Assembly (NCBI RefSeq): GCF_036321535.1 | Contig: NC_087437.1 | Coordinates: forward strand, 64,606,001 to 64,670,000 | Length of the DNA stretch: 64,000 nt | Source: Camelus dromedarius | Taxonomy: Eukaryota | Reading direction: 5' to 3' | Shown: piece by piece, positions 38,901 to 50,900 of the stretch | Numbering within the stretch: the stretch's first letter is position 1 | How the letters are laid out: each line of letters starts with the position of its first letter | Program-made: the position numbers and the translations under genes | Notes under the pieces: model-generated | Told to the model about the DNA's origin: nothing | Database searches by the model: none | Seen by the model: the letters and a program-made list of their open reading frames with translations, nothing else

Positions 38901-41900
38901 GTCATCCTCATCTCATCTTCTCTGATAACTTCCTCCTTTTTGTGCATGGTAGGTCTCCTGTGTGAGGAGGATCTTCCTTTCTAGTTTTTCTAGTTCTTTT
39001 CTTTTCTTTTCTTTTCTTTTCTTTTCTTTTCCTTTTCCTTTTCTTTTCTTTTCTTTTCTTTTCTTTTCTTTTCTTTTCTTTTCTTTTCTTTTCTTTTTTC
39101 TTTTCTTTTCTCTTCTTTTCTCTTCTTTTCTCTTCTCTTCCCTTCCCTCCCCTCCCTTTCCCTCCCCTCCCCTCTCCTCTCCTCTTCTCTTCATGGAGCT
39201 GTTCATTGAGCTTTATTGAGGTATAACTGACATGCAATAAACTGCATTATATTCAGAATGTACAATTGGATATGTTTTGACATAGGTTTACACCCAGGAA
39301 ACCATCACCACAATCAGCTTTCTTTGTTCCCCTCTGTAAATCTCCCTCTCTCTCCACTCCCAACCCCAGGCAATAACTGATCTGTTTGTGAGTGTTCTTC
39401 AGAAATTCCGTATACAGTAGTTCATCAGTACTTGGAGTATTTTCTCTCAGTCTGTGGTTTGCATTTTCATTTACTTAATATCTTTTGAAGAATAAAAAAT
39501 TCCTTAATGTCACCTTCTACTCCATTCAACTTCTGTATCGAGATATAGCCCTCACAGTGGATTGTTCGAGCCATTTTTCTTCTTGATCCTGTCAGATGCA
39601 TTGTTATCATCTTTAAAATTATCTTCCTAGGCTTCTGTGGTGTTGAAGTATTTTGGGTCTCCTGCCTCAGTGACTATTTATTTTTCCTTAGCAAGCTCCT
39701 TTTCTTGTTCTTTTCTGTTTGTGGGATTATGCCCTGGAGGGGATAATTATTCGTCGATCTTATATTTATAACTTAAGCCATCACCCTTAGGCACCTGATT
39801 GAGAATTCAGAATTACAGTTTAGCCTTAGCTCCTTCTTAACCAGCTCTGAATTTCAGCAGGACATTTGATGTTTTCACTTTTTTAATCTCTGAAATTAAG
39901 GAGACTGAATTTGTTCTCAGGTTTCTTCCAACTCTTAATATTTACTTTAAATGTATTTTATCCACAAGGGAACTCATTATTTCCCCTGGTATATCTGGAC
40001 CTCTACTTTATGTTCCTGTCTTAGTGAATGGCATCAGCAGTTGCCCAAGCCAAAAATCTGACATAAGCTCCATTTTTCCCTCTTTACCTTTTTCATCAGT
40101 CGGTAAATTACCATCACTGTTCATCCCTTACAGTGCTTAGTTCAGGCCTTTCTTGTACCATTCCTATATCACCAGAAGGATGCTTGTAAAATGCACATTT
40201 GATTGTGTCATCCTCTTAAAATATTTTATGGCCCCTTCTTGTCCTTGGATGGTGTTTAAGATTCTTTAATATCTGGCACCTGTATAATGGAATGCTATGC
40301 AACAAGAATGAAGAGGCTATTAAGCACATATATGGAAGGATCTCCAGTATCTGTTGTTTTAAAGTAGGGAGGTGGTGCAGAATAGTGTGTAGGATATTTT
40401 ACTATTTGTGTAAAGGGGGAACAGAAGGAGAGGAAAAGAAAATAATAATGTATTTGATTGTATTTGCATAAAATTCCTCTAGAAACATATACAGAAAGCT
40501 AATAACATCGGTTGTCTCTGGAGAACTGGGTAGCTCGGGTATAGGAATGGAAAGGAGGCTTTTAACTATATAGTCCTTTTTATTTTCTGCTTTAAAACCA
40601 TATCAGTATATTTGCTATTCAAAAATCCATACTCTGCCATTAATGTCTTCTCATTCTTCAAGTCTTCCTACTAACATTTTCTCCGAGCAGCTTACTGTCA
40701 TATTAGGTGTGCCTCCTTTTGTTTCATCCATCATAGCACTTATCACATTGTATTGTAACTGTTTGCTAGATTGTAAGCTTCTAGAGGGGTGCCTGTGTCA
40801 ATCCTGCTCACTTCTGTGCTTCTATAATCTAATAGTTCCTGCAATAATGTATAGAGACTCAAAAAATATTTACTGAATAATTGAAGTTCTAAATCTATGT
40901 CTAGTTCCATCCTCTGTCAAGTTCCAGTCCCATGTCTCCAGTACCTGTCAGATACTTCTGCTTGTGTGTCTGACATTTGTCCTTCTCAGTTTATCTTCTC
41001 TCCCACAAAGTGAGTTCCAAGTTTTGATCTTTTTCTACTTCAGTTAATGATACAACTATTCACCCACACATGAAACTTTGCAGTCATAGTTGGTGGCTTC
41101 ATGTCTCACAGCAAGTCAACAAGTCTTACTGATTGTTAGTGTTTCTAGATACATGTATTAGTCCCTGTTTTTCACACACAGGAGTGGTTGCTGTACCCAT
41201 CTTATCTATCCTCCTCCTCTCCTAGACATTTACCCCTCTCAGTTTATTCTCCCTAATAACAGCTTAATCTTTCCTAAAATAAGCTTGTTCACATTACTTT
41301 CCTCCTAGAAACAATGAGCTTTCTTAATGCCTATGAGATAAAGAACTTGAAAGATCCTCAGGAGTTTGTACTTTAATATTTTAGTTTCATTCTTCTTTCT
41401 AGCCTATTAATTTTTTGGGTACAGAACCCTTCCTTAATAGCCTCACTAATCTCTTCTTTTCTTATTTTGGTACCCTGTTGTAGCCTATCTCCTCATTTTT
41501 TCACTTCTGATCTATCTGCTTTGTCTTCCCTCTGCTTATGAAATCCTATCTGTGTTTCCTATGAACCCCATGAAGTCTTTTTTTCTGACTACTCCTCAAG
41601 TATTATATTTAACTTCTGACATGTTTATTTTCCACACCACATCTTTGACATTTAAAAAATTGCTTTGTGACATCTTTTATAGTTGTTTGGAATGATTGTA
41701 CCTGGTTAACCACAAGTTTTGTTATTTCTTGAGTTAATTTAATAGGCAAAAATTGGTTTCATTTTAATTTGTATTTCTTTTGTTACTTTGAGAGGTAATT
41801 TTCTACTAAAATTGTAGTTTCTCTTATCAACTTACATATTAAAGATAGCAACCCTCTTATGAGTTGCAAATATTTTTTCCCATTGTGTGGTTTGCATTTT

Positions 41901-44900
41901 AATTTTCATACTATTTTTTGACATGTAAAAATTCTTATTTAGTGAAATGTTAATTTCTCCCCCTATAATTTCTAATGTTGTTTTTATATTTGGAAGTCCC
42001 CAAATCAGCTATTGATATTTCTTTTGTTTTATAGTTTCTTTTTTATATTTACTCTTTAAATTGGTTGCAGATTTGTTTTAGTAACTGTTTGGGGTTAAGA
42101 ATTGATTTTATAAAATATTTGTCAATTAATCCCCTTATTTTAATACCATCTATTAAGTAAGACTACCAGTCATTGGAGGAAGAGGGGATTAACTTTATTG
42201 TATACCTAATTCTTTATAAATACTTGCATTTTTGTTTCTAGACTAGATATCTATTCTTTTGTTCAGTGGTTGATTCTTGAGCCTGCCAAATATTATTTTA
42301 ATCATTATAATTTTATTTTAGTTTCTGGTAGAGTAGATCTCTTTGTTCATGTGTCTTTGTCTTACTTCCCTCACCTTTGTAAGCTGTTTGATAGCTGGGA
42401 GCATATACTTTTTAGCTTTATATCCTACAAATCACCTAGTGTACTTCATTAAGTATGTATTGGCTCACTGACTACCAGCTAGAGAGTTATTAGAAGACTT
42501 AAAAGTCTGAGACCATTTCTGAATTTCTGGCCACTTGCTATATTTACCCATCCAGAAGATATTTTAATATGCTGTTGGCATAATGGTGAATGATTAATAC
42601 ATTGTTGTACCTTATTAATATAAGTATGTTTGGCAGTTGTGAGTGTATATAATGAAACTGCTTAGATAATCTTAGAAGTGAATTCTTATTAGCTGTGAAT
42701 ACTTTTTACATATATAAAATTATTTCTAAAATTTCAAGGGGAGATATCATTCCTTTGCCTATATTTTCCTAAAATAAAGTCATTGAGTTAAAGGTTTACT
42801 TCTGTTTGGATCAATATAATAAGTAAAATTTTCAAACTTTTCGTTTAGGTGATTTTGAATTGCTCAGCTCTGCAGAGTTTATTGCATTTGCTGAGTAGCC
42901 CAAAGGAATCTATCAAAAAAGAAGCATGTTGGACAATATCTAATATCACAGCTGGAAATAGGGCACAGATCCAGGTAATCTCATAGCTCCTATCCTTTTT
43001 TTATATTTTTATTAAGTAAGTTTTTTTCAGTAAGCCTTTAAAAATATATTTTTTTCATTATTGCCTTGGAGACAACTAATTTGCAATATTGCTGTCTTGT
43101 TTAGTCTACTTTTTTATCCAAATTATAGAGGTTAAATCTTTTGAAACTTACAGTTAGGCCTTAGTTTTTCCCTTTGCCTTTAATATTTGATGATTTGCCA
43201 AAATCTGAGAAACAGTGTCTTGTATTTTCAAAATGTTTTGATGGGAAGCATCTTCAGAAGCAGCTTTATGCTAAACAGATTGGTTTTATTCTTGCCAAGT
43301 AAAATGTTTATTTTCTAGTGGACCCACGTGTTGGATTGCTGAAGTTTTTCATGGACCTTTGGGGACCCTTTACTTTTGTTCTTATGTTGGTGGAAGAGTA
43401 ACCCAAGTGGCTGGGCCAAATGGTTCAGCATTGGGCCATGAGAAAGGCTAGAACAAGAAGTTGGAAAAGATATAATACAGATTTATGGGACTTTGAGCTG
43501 AGTGGAATCATAGAGGTCATCTAATCCAACATTCTCAATTAAAAATGAAACTGAGACTCAGAGAAATAAAATGATTTGCTCAAGGATACTTGTAGTAAAT
43601 GAAAGGATCAAGATGAAGCATCTTTCCACTAAGTTTTGCTGACTTCCTTCACTGGTGTGATAGAGTTCTTGACCAGGAAAGGAAGCGTGGTTAGTCATCC
43701 CCAGAAGGCTGTCAGGGACTGAGACTGATAGCTGTAGCAATTTATAGCTTGCATACAAGGTGATTTCAGCTGCAGCTGATTGTTTGCTACCATCAAGCTC
43801 TTATGTGAAATTTCTCAGTTTCATGATACAGGAAATGATATGAACCCATTTTAGGTTCTTGAGCTAAGGAGAAAGATGAAGAAAGCAATTTGTGGAAGAC
43901 TACTTTAGTATTTGAGAGGGATTGAGTAAAAAGTACTCTGTCCAGCTAAAGGCTCTTCTGGTAATTTGGGTGGGAGGTGGTGGCTTGGAATAGGATAGTG
44001 GCAGTGCTAAAGGAAAGGAAAAGATAGACTAAGGATGTTTTAACTGAGAATGTAAAGGAGACTTGGTGACTGATTTAGAATAAATAAATAAACACAAAAA
44101 GAGCCTTCGTGAATTAAGGAGGTTTGAAAGGAGACCTGATATAAAGAGCAGATGATATGTTTAAGGTGGTTAGCAGATGTAAAGTAAGCTGTTAGCCACC
44201 TTTGGCGGGGCTCCAGTGAGAAATGAGGACTTGAGAGTTAAAACACACATGTCAGGGTGCGGTGGATGCTGTGAGAGAAATGAGAATAGCAGATTATGAG
44301 CAGAACAAGAGAGAACAATAAAAGAGAGAAGAACTCAGGTAGAAAACCAGAAGATTATAAAGTTACAAACTCCAGGGAGGATGTTGTCAGTGATACCAAG
44401 TATAACCAGAAAGTCCTTAGGGATAATGAATTAACTCCTTCCAGTTTACTTTTTAATAGGGCAAGGGGTGTCATTAATGAAGCAACTGAAAAGTTACAAT
44501 TAGTATCATGAACATCTTTATAAATCTTGTAACTTCCCTTTCTATATAATTTTTCTTTAATTTCAGACTGTGATAGATGCCAATATTTTTCCAGCCCTCA
44601 TTAGTATATTACAAACTGCTGAGTTTCGGACAAGGAAAGAAGCAGCTTGGGCCATCACAAATGCAACTTCTGGAGGATCAGCTGAACAGATCAAGTAAGT
44701 ACTAACCAGGTAGTAAATTAAAGGAGAATTATTATGTCTGCCAATTAAGAATGCTCAATTCTAGCCTCTTGGATGATTGTTCCTAGTTTCATAATTAAAT
44801 CCAGTGTATATTTAATTCCTTATACCCCTCCTGTTCTTTCTTGGAGAAAATAATTCTGGGATGTGAGAAGTAAAGCATAGTTGAGGTTTGATGGAAATAC

Positions 44901-47900
44901 TTATGGGGTAGCTTGAGCCTACTCTGGAGGAGCTTGGTTAGAAACATCTTGGGTAGTGTAAAAGGTTACTTACAGAATCCTTGGAGTCCAACTTTAATAG
45001 CTAAATCTTGTATTTCTAGTTTAGGTGGCTTAGTAGTAGAACTGGATTAGACTTGGAAGAGATTTATATCTCAGAATAAAGTGTCCAAATCAGTAGAGGC
45101 AAGTCTCCTAAAGCACTGTGTTCTTCAGTAAAGGGAGAGGTTTGTATCAGCTTGAGACTTAACTGGCCCCTTGAGCAGCAGCTTATAATCTTAATGGCTA
45201 GAGAAGGCATAAATATGGACAGAAATCAGTTCCTCAGAGGAACATCATGTAGTTCAGTGCTTAATTACAGACATAAAAAAAGAACAAGACTCTTAGCCTG
45301 CCTCAGCTTTCTTTATGGGGAATTCAGATGAGAAGACAGTTTCCAATGAGTATTAAAGCATTAACCCCTTCCACATATGTAATATCGGGGAAACATAGCT
45401 ACTTCTCATATTGTTGCTTTATGGGTTAAATGTAGGCACTCAACTAATGCTAACTTTTAGTGCTCAGTTAGGAATTTAGAAATGAAAAGATAAAAATAGT
45501 CCTAAGATTTCAGAAATTGATCAGTTACAGAAGATAAGTAGTATGTACTGAAATAATAAAATTTAAGTAGATTAATGCAGCAGCTATTTCAGTGAAGTTA
45601 ATCATGGATAGGTTATTCAGGAAGACTTCAAGTGGTCTTCATTCAGAAGCATATATTTATATGAAATTGCATCTTTTTCAACCTTCAAAATTCTGGTTCT
45701 GGGGTACTATGATTTTGAGCATGCCACCACCAGATGGCAGTAGTATGAAGTAATTTAGAAGTTACTAGAACAGTTGATAGTCAAGTTTTATGTTCAAATT
45801 CAGATTTATAATTTTTGTCTCAATATTTTATACCAAATGTTTTCTTAATTGAAATGGTTAAACTGTACACATACATATTTTTAAAACATTTATAAAATAC
45901 TATAGTGTCTTTCATCAAAAGATATTCAGGGGTATTTTACTGTTAGGAGTAGAATGGTACTATCCCTTTTAAAAATTCAGCATAGCTATTTATAATAATG
46001 AAGTTAACTTTTAATCTCCCAGCAGTTTCTGCTCAACCAGATAAAGAGTTATCTTGAAAGATTATTATACAAATATTACAGTGCAAATTATAGAAAATAA
46101 ACTGACTTTATCATTGATAAAAGGCACCTGTATGGCTTCTGCTTATTCTTGTTGAAAAGATTTAGATGCAAGAACCAGTTAGAATAACTTAGAAAATATC
46201 CATAATTATAGGTTAAATATAATCAAATGCTAGTACATACTACAGTTTTTAAGAATGAAGGATTAAAGAATGTTGCCTGGAATTAGAGAAAGTTTCGTGA
46301 AAGGTAAATTTTGTCATTTAGGCGGAGGTTTGGCAATTTTGAAGGAGAGAGAATATCATTAGAAACGTGAGGGAATGTGCATGGCAAATGTTAGTGGAAG
46401 AGGTAGCTCATTCTTTCTATACGTTATTCTTTCACAAAGATGAGGAATTAAGTAATTGATGGACTTTGAAAACTAGGATGAAGGCCTTAATCTAGGGTAT
46501 TGGAAAGACTTTGGAGTGTCTTTAACATTGACTGTAGTATGAAAAAGACAGTGTTTAGAGAAGGAGTAGAGCAGTTAAGATGTTACTGCAGTAGTTTAGT
46601 ATACAGTGATGGCCAGAATTAAGCTAATAGCTGTAGCATGGAGTTACGGGTCTGGTTATGGGAAAGAAGGATCTGTAGGACTTGGTGGCAGGTTATAGAA
46701 GGAAAGGAAAGAGCAAAAGATGACTGGAGAAAATGGTGGTGCTGTTGATAAAAATTAGGACACAGAAGAAGCAAAATCCTGTTTGAGAGAGGGGGTTTAA
46801 GACATAGTTTGTTACTCATCTAAAGAAATCTGACTTTATTATTTCAGCCTCTTTTAACTTTCCTCTGTTGTAGAGTATCTGGATTTCTTGGTCATAAATT
46901 TCTCCTTCCTAAAGGAACTCCTAAATGTAAAATTACCAATCAGATTAGAAATATAATTCTCTTTCACAGATAATATATTCTTGTGGACTAAATGTCCTTA
47001 CTCAGAAAATTTTCTTGATGGAAGCCTTTTCTGCAACAAAAGCAGGTAGCATCCATCACCAGTGATTGCTTTATCCAAGTGTTTGAAATACATTGCACAT
47101 AGGAGCCATTCCCAGACTTAAACAATAGAATTGTGCTTGTTTTCCATGCATCTTTTCAAGTCTTCAAACTTTCCCAAGGAAATACTCCTTCCTGGAGTAC
47201 TTCTCACAAAACAATATGGCTTCCCAGTTCCTACACAGCCCACATACCCTGATCACCTGTTTTGCTATTTGGTGCAAATTACTGTTTTTAGGAAAACTTG
47301 CATCAATAGTGAAATAACACTATGGTGGTCTTAAATCTCCAAAGATGAGTGGTTGCATCTGAAAACAGCACCTTAAATTCTTCTGATCTTGTAAGGAGGT
47401 TTTTAAGGAATAGTATCAGCTGACTCAGTGATACCAGATACCATCATTGACCTGAAAGCAGAGCTTTTTAATTTTGTATGTCCTTGGGAAGAAAGTTTTC
47501 ATTTGCTGTGTTTGTACACTTCTAGTAATCTATGTTAAAATACTTTAAATGGCTAGAATTGGGAACCCGGAACTCATTTAGTGAAATGTACCTGAATACA
47601 AAATACTAATATCGTATTTTGCAAATAAAATCTACTGACATCTTCAAAACTCTGGATTTAAAGGGTAGAGCTTTTTTATAAGAAAGTTTTAATCAGCAAT
47701 CATAGTCAATTCATATTTATTCATTTAATTAATTACATACAAATTCTAGAAGCTTTCTGAGTAACTTAAAATTTGTTTTTAATCCTCAATCAAGTTTTCC
47801 ATATACTGGTTTTCCATATAAAAGATTTCACAACCAGACATTGTTAAAAAAGTAAATGAATTTTTTAAAGGCAATATAAGGATTAGAACTAAGCCAAGAG

Positions 47901-50900
47901 TTCTAGCGAGGAGAGGAGATCACATTAAGCATAGTCTAGAAACAAATTTGAGGACAACTGGAGATTCTGAACAAGTCTCTGATATACCAATTGGTGTTCA
48001 ATAGACTTGCCTGTATAGATCAGTAATTAACTGCAGACATGTAAGTCATTTAATTAACTGCTCTAAAATTTTGTGGGGTTTGGTGACAGACTTAATCATG
48101 TGGTTCCCAGACTTTTCCAGTTGAGGAAACTGAGGCAAAGAGATCAGAGTAGCACAACTGGGATGTAATAGTGGTGGTTATCTCTGGGTACTTTTTAGTT
48201 TTCTTTATGCTTTTCTGTGTTTCCCAAATTTGCAACAACTAACACGTATAATCTAAAGAGGCTTAGTTTAGTTTAGTTTTGTTTTAAGGAAAAGAAAGAA
48301 TTATATAGATATGTTGAAGGAATTGTTAACAGGTTTTAGGGACTAAAAACTGGTATAAAGGAAGAGGAGATAGTCAGAAATGGCTTTATGCCTGATGACT
48401 GACCTATTCTGTTCCTAGGACCTATCATCTTTTTAATTTTTTTATTGAAGAGTAGTTGATTTAGTTTCAGGTGTACAGCAAAGTGAGTCAGTTATACATA
48501 TACATATTAGGACATATCATATTGTCAGTAAATATTTAAATAAAATTAGGCACAATCCTATTAAATTCATTTCTGAGTAGATAATAAAACTAATATGACA
48601 TAAAATTACTTGTAAAAAGTTAAAACTTAAAAGAACATTTTTAGATTTACAGAAGAATTGATAGTATAGAGTTCCTGTGTCCTTCCTTCCCCTGTAAGTT
48701 TCTTCTGTTAAAATCTTACATTAGTGTGGTTAATTTGTTATAGTTAATCAGCCAATAAAGGTATATTATTAAGTTCATAGTTTATATTAAGGATCACTCT
48801 GTGTTGTGTAATTTACAGGTTTTGATGAATGTTTCCACCATTGTAGTATTACCAACAGCCGTAAAATTACCCTCTACTTTACCTATTACTATCCCCTTAC
48901 CCACTTCCCTCAAATCTCTGGCAGCCACTGTTGTATTGCCTTTATAAAGATTTTCTTTTCTAGAATGCCATATATTTGTAATTATATTAGTATGGAGTCT
49001 TTTCAGATTGGCTTCTTTAACTTAGCAATGTGCATATAAGGTTCCTTCACATCTTTTCATGGCATGATAGCTCATTTCATTTCTTTTTATCACTGAATAA
49101 TATTCCATTGTCTGGATTACTACAGCTTATTTATTCATTCAGCTACTGAAGAACATCTGGTTGCTCCTAGTTTTTGGTAGTTATGAATAAAGCTGCTGTA
49201 AATATTCATGTATTAAGTTTTGTGTGGACATAAATTTTCATCTCAAGTGGGTAAATGTATTAAGAGTGTGATTTCTGGATCAAATGGAAACCTTTGGTTT
49301 GGGGGAAAAAATAGCCACCAAGCTGTCTTTCAAAGTGGTTATCCTATTTTGCATTTTCACCAGCAAAAAAAAAAAAGAGTTGCTTGTTTCTCTGCATCCT
49401 TGTCAGCATTTGGTATTGTCAGTGTTTTGGATTTTAGCCATTTTACTAGGTATGTAGAGGCATCATTGTTTTGATTTGCAGTCCCCCAAATGACACATAA
49501 GATGTTGAGCATCTTTTCATATGCTTATTTGCCATCAGTGTATCTTTGTTGAGATGAATGTTGAGATCTGTTGCCCATTTTTAGATTGAGTTGTTTTCTA
49601 ATCTTTTGAGTTTTAAGAGTTCTTTGTATAAAATAGAACTGGCCTATTGGGCCTGTGCTGGCTTTAGCACCAAGTGGGTCCTGTTTCAGAGGTGTGGTTA
49701 CCTATAGAAACAAAAATGAAATTAATCAAAAGTGTACTATTTTGATGACTCACTCAGAGTAAGAGAATATTCCATTTTCTTGGAGTCTAATAATTGTAGA
49801 GGGAAAAAAGAATGGAGATGGTGTCAGAACTGTTTTTTTCTTTATTTGTAGCTTTTTTTGTGTCAGCTTTATGGTTGAATGAGTGCCCACTTTTATCTCT
49901 ACAGTGAATTTGAGGATGATCCTCCTACCAATTTCATAAAAGTTTTTTATGAAATTAAAAGCTTTGTTTGACTGAACTGTTCTTTGTATTAATTTAGGTA
50001 CCTCGTAGAACTGGGCTGTATCAAGCCACTCTGTGATCTCCTCACAGTCATGGACTCTAAGATTGTACAAGTTGCCCTAAATGGCTTGGAAAATATCCTG
50101 AGACTTGGAGAACAAGAAGCCAAAAGGAACGGCACTGGCATTAATCCTTACTGCGCTTTGATTGAAGAAGCTTATGGTAAGATGGAGTGTTTAATAGATG
50201 TCTTTAAACTATTTTTTACTTTTTCTCCTTGGTTTTCTGGCCTGCCCACATCTGTCCTTTAGCAGACTTATACAAAAATTTTTTTTTCTTTCGAATAATC
50301 ATGTTCAGTATGCAGAACTGGAAAAGAATATGCATTGTGGATGTGAAGAGAAGTACCCTTTGCTTTAGCCCTTTTACACCAGGCTCTTAGGATCTTAGTT
50401 CCCTGATTGCTTGCCCTTGTACGTAGTCTTGTATTCTTACTAGTCTGAGCCTCAAGAGCATCCATATCTACTGTAGACAATGCCCAACTCCACTCCTTTT
50501 CTTTTGTAAGAGTTCTGATTTTGAATTGCACTCCCCTCTTCCCTGCCAATTCCTGTATTCCTGAGTCTAAAGGTTTCTAAGAGTTGTCAGTAGAAACAGT
50601 AGTCATCATCTGCCTTTTGGTTTCCTCATTCTTCCAGTCTCAGTCTTAACTGTACTCTTAATCATTGATTTATCAGTATGCTAACCTTTTAAGTTCCCTA
50701 AGTGATTTTAATGCATTGCCAGGGTTGAAAACCATTGCTCTAGGGTTTACTTATTCCTTAGATTGGAATTAGGGATCATAGGGTACATTCATCTTCAAAT
50801 TTATCAGATAATGCAGACTTGTTTTCCAAAATGACTAACATTTCACCACTTTAAAAAAACCTGATTGTAAAAACTACACATACCTGCTTAGTATAAGAAA

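Noticed and set aside
38908..39237. Lys/Arg/Glu-rich and Phe/Ser-rich ORFs
   Set aside because: These are translations of the (TTTTC)n microsatellite.
47000..47460. Minus-strand exon-like segment with VNDGIWYH and GYVGCV words reminiscent of laminin-G domains
   Set aside because: The two words are in different frames with stops between them and no further similarity. A BLASTX or Dfam search would be needed; it is probably an old repeat or chance.
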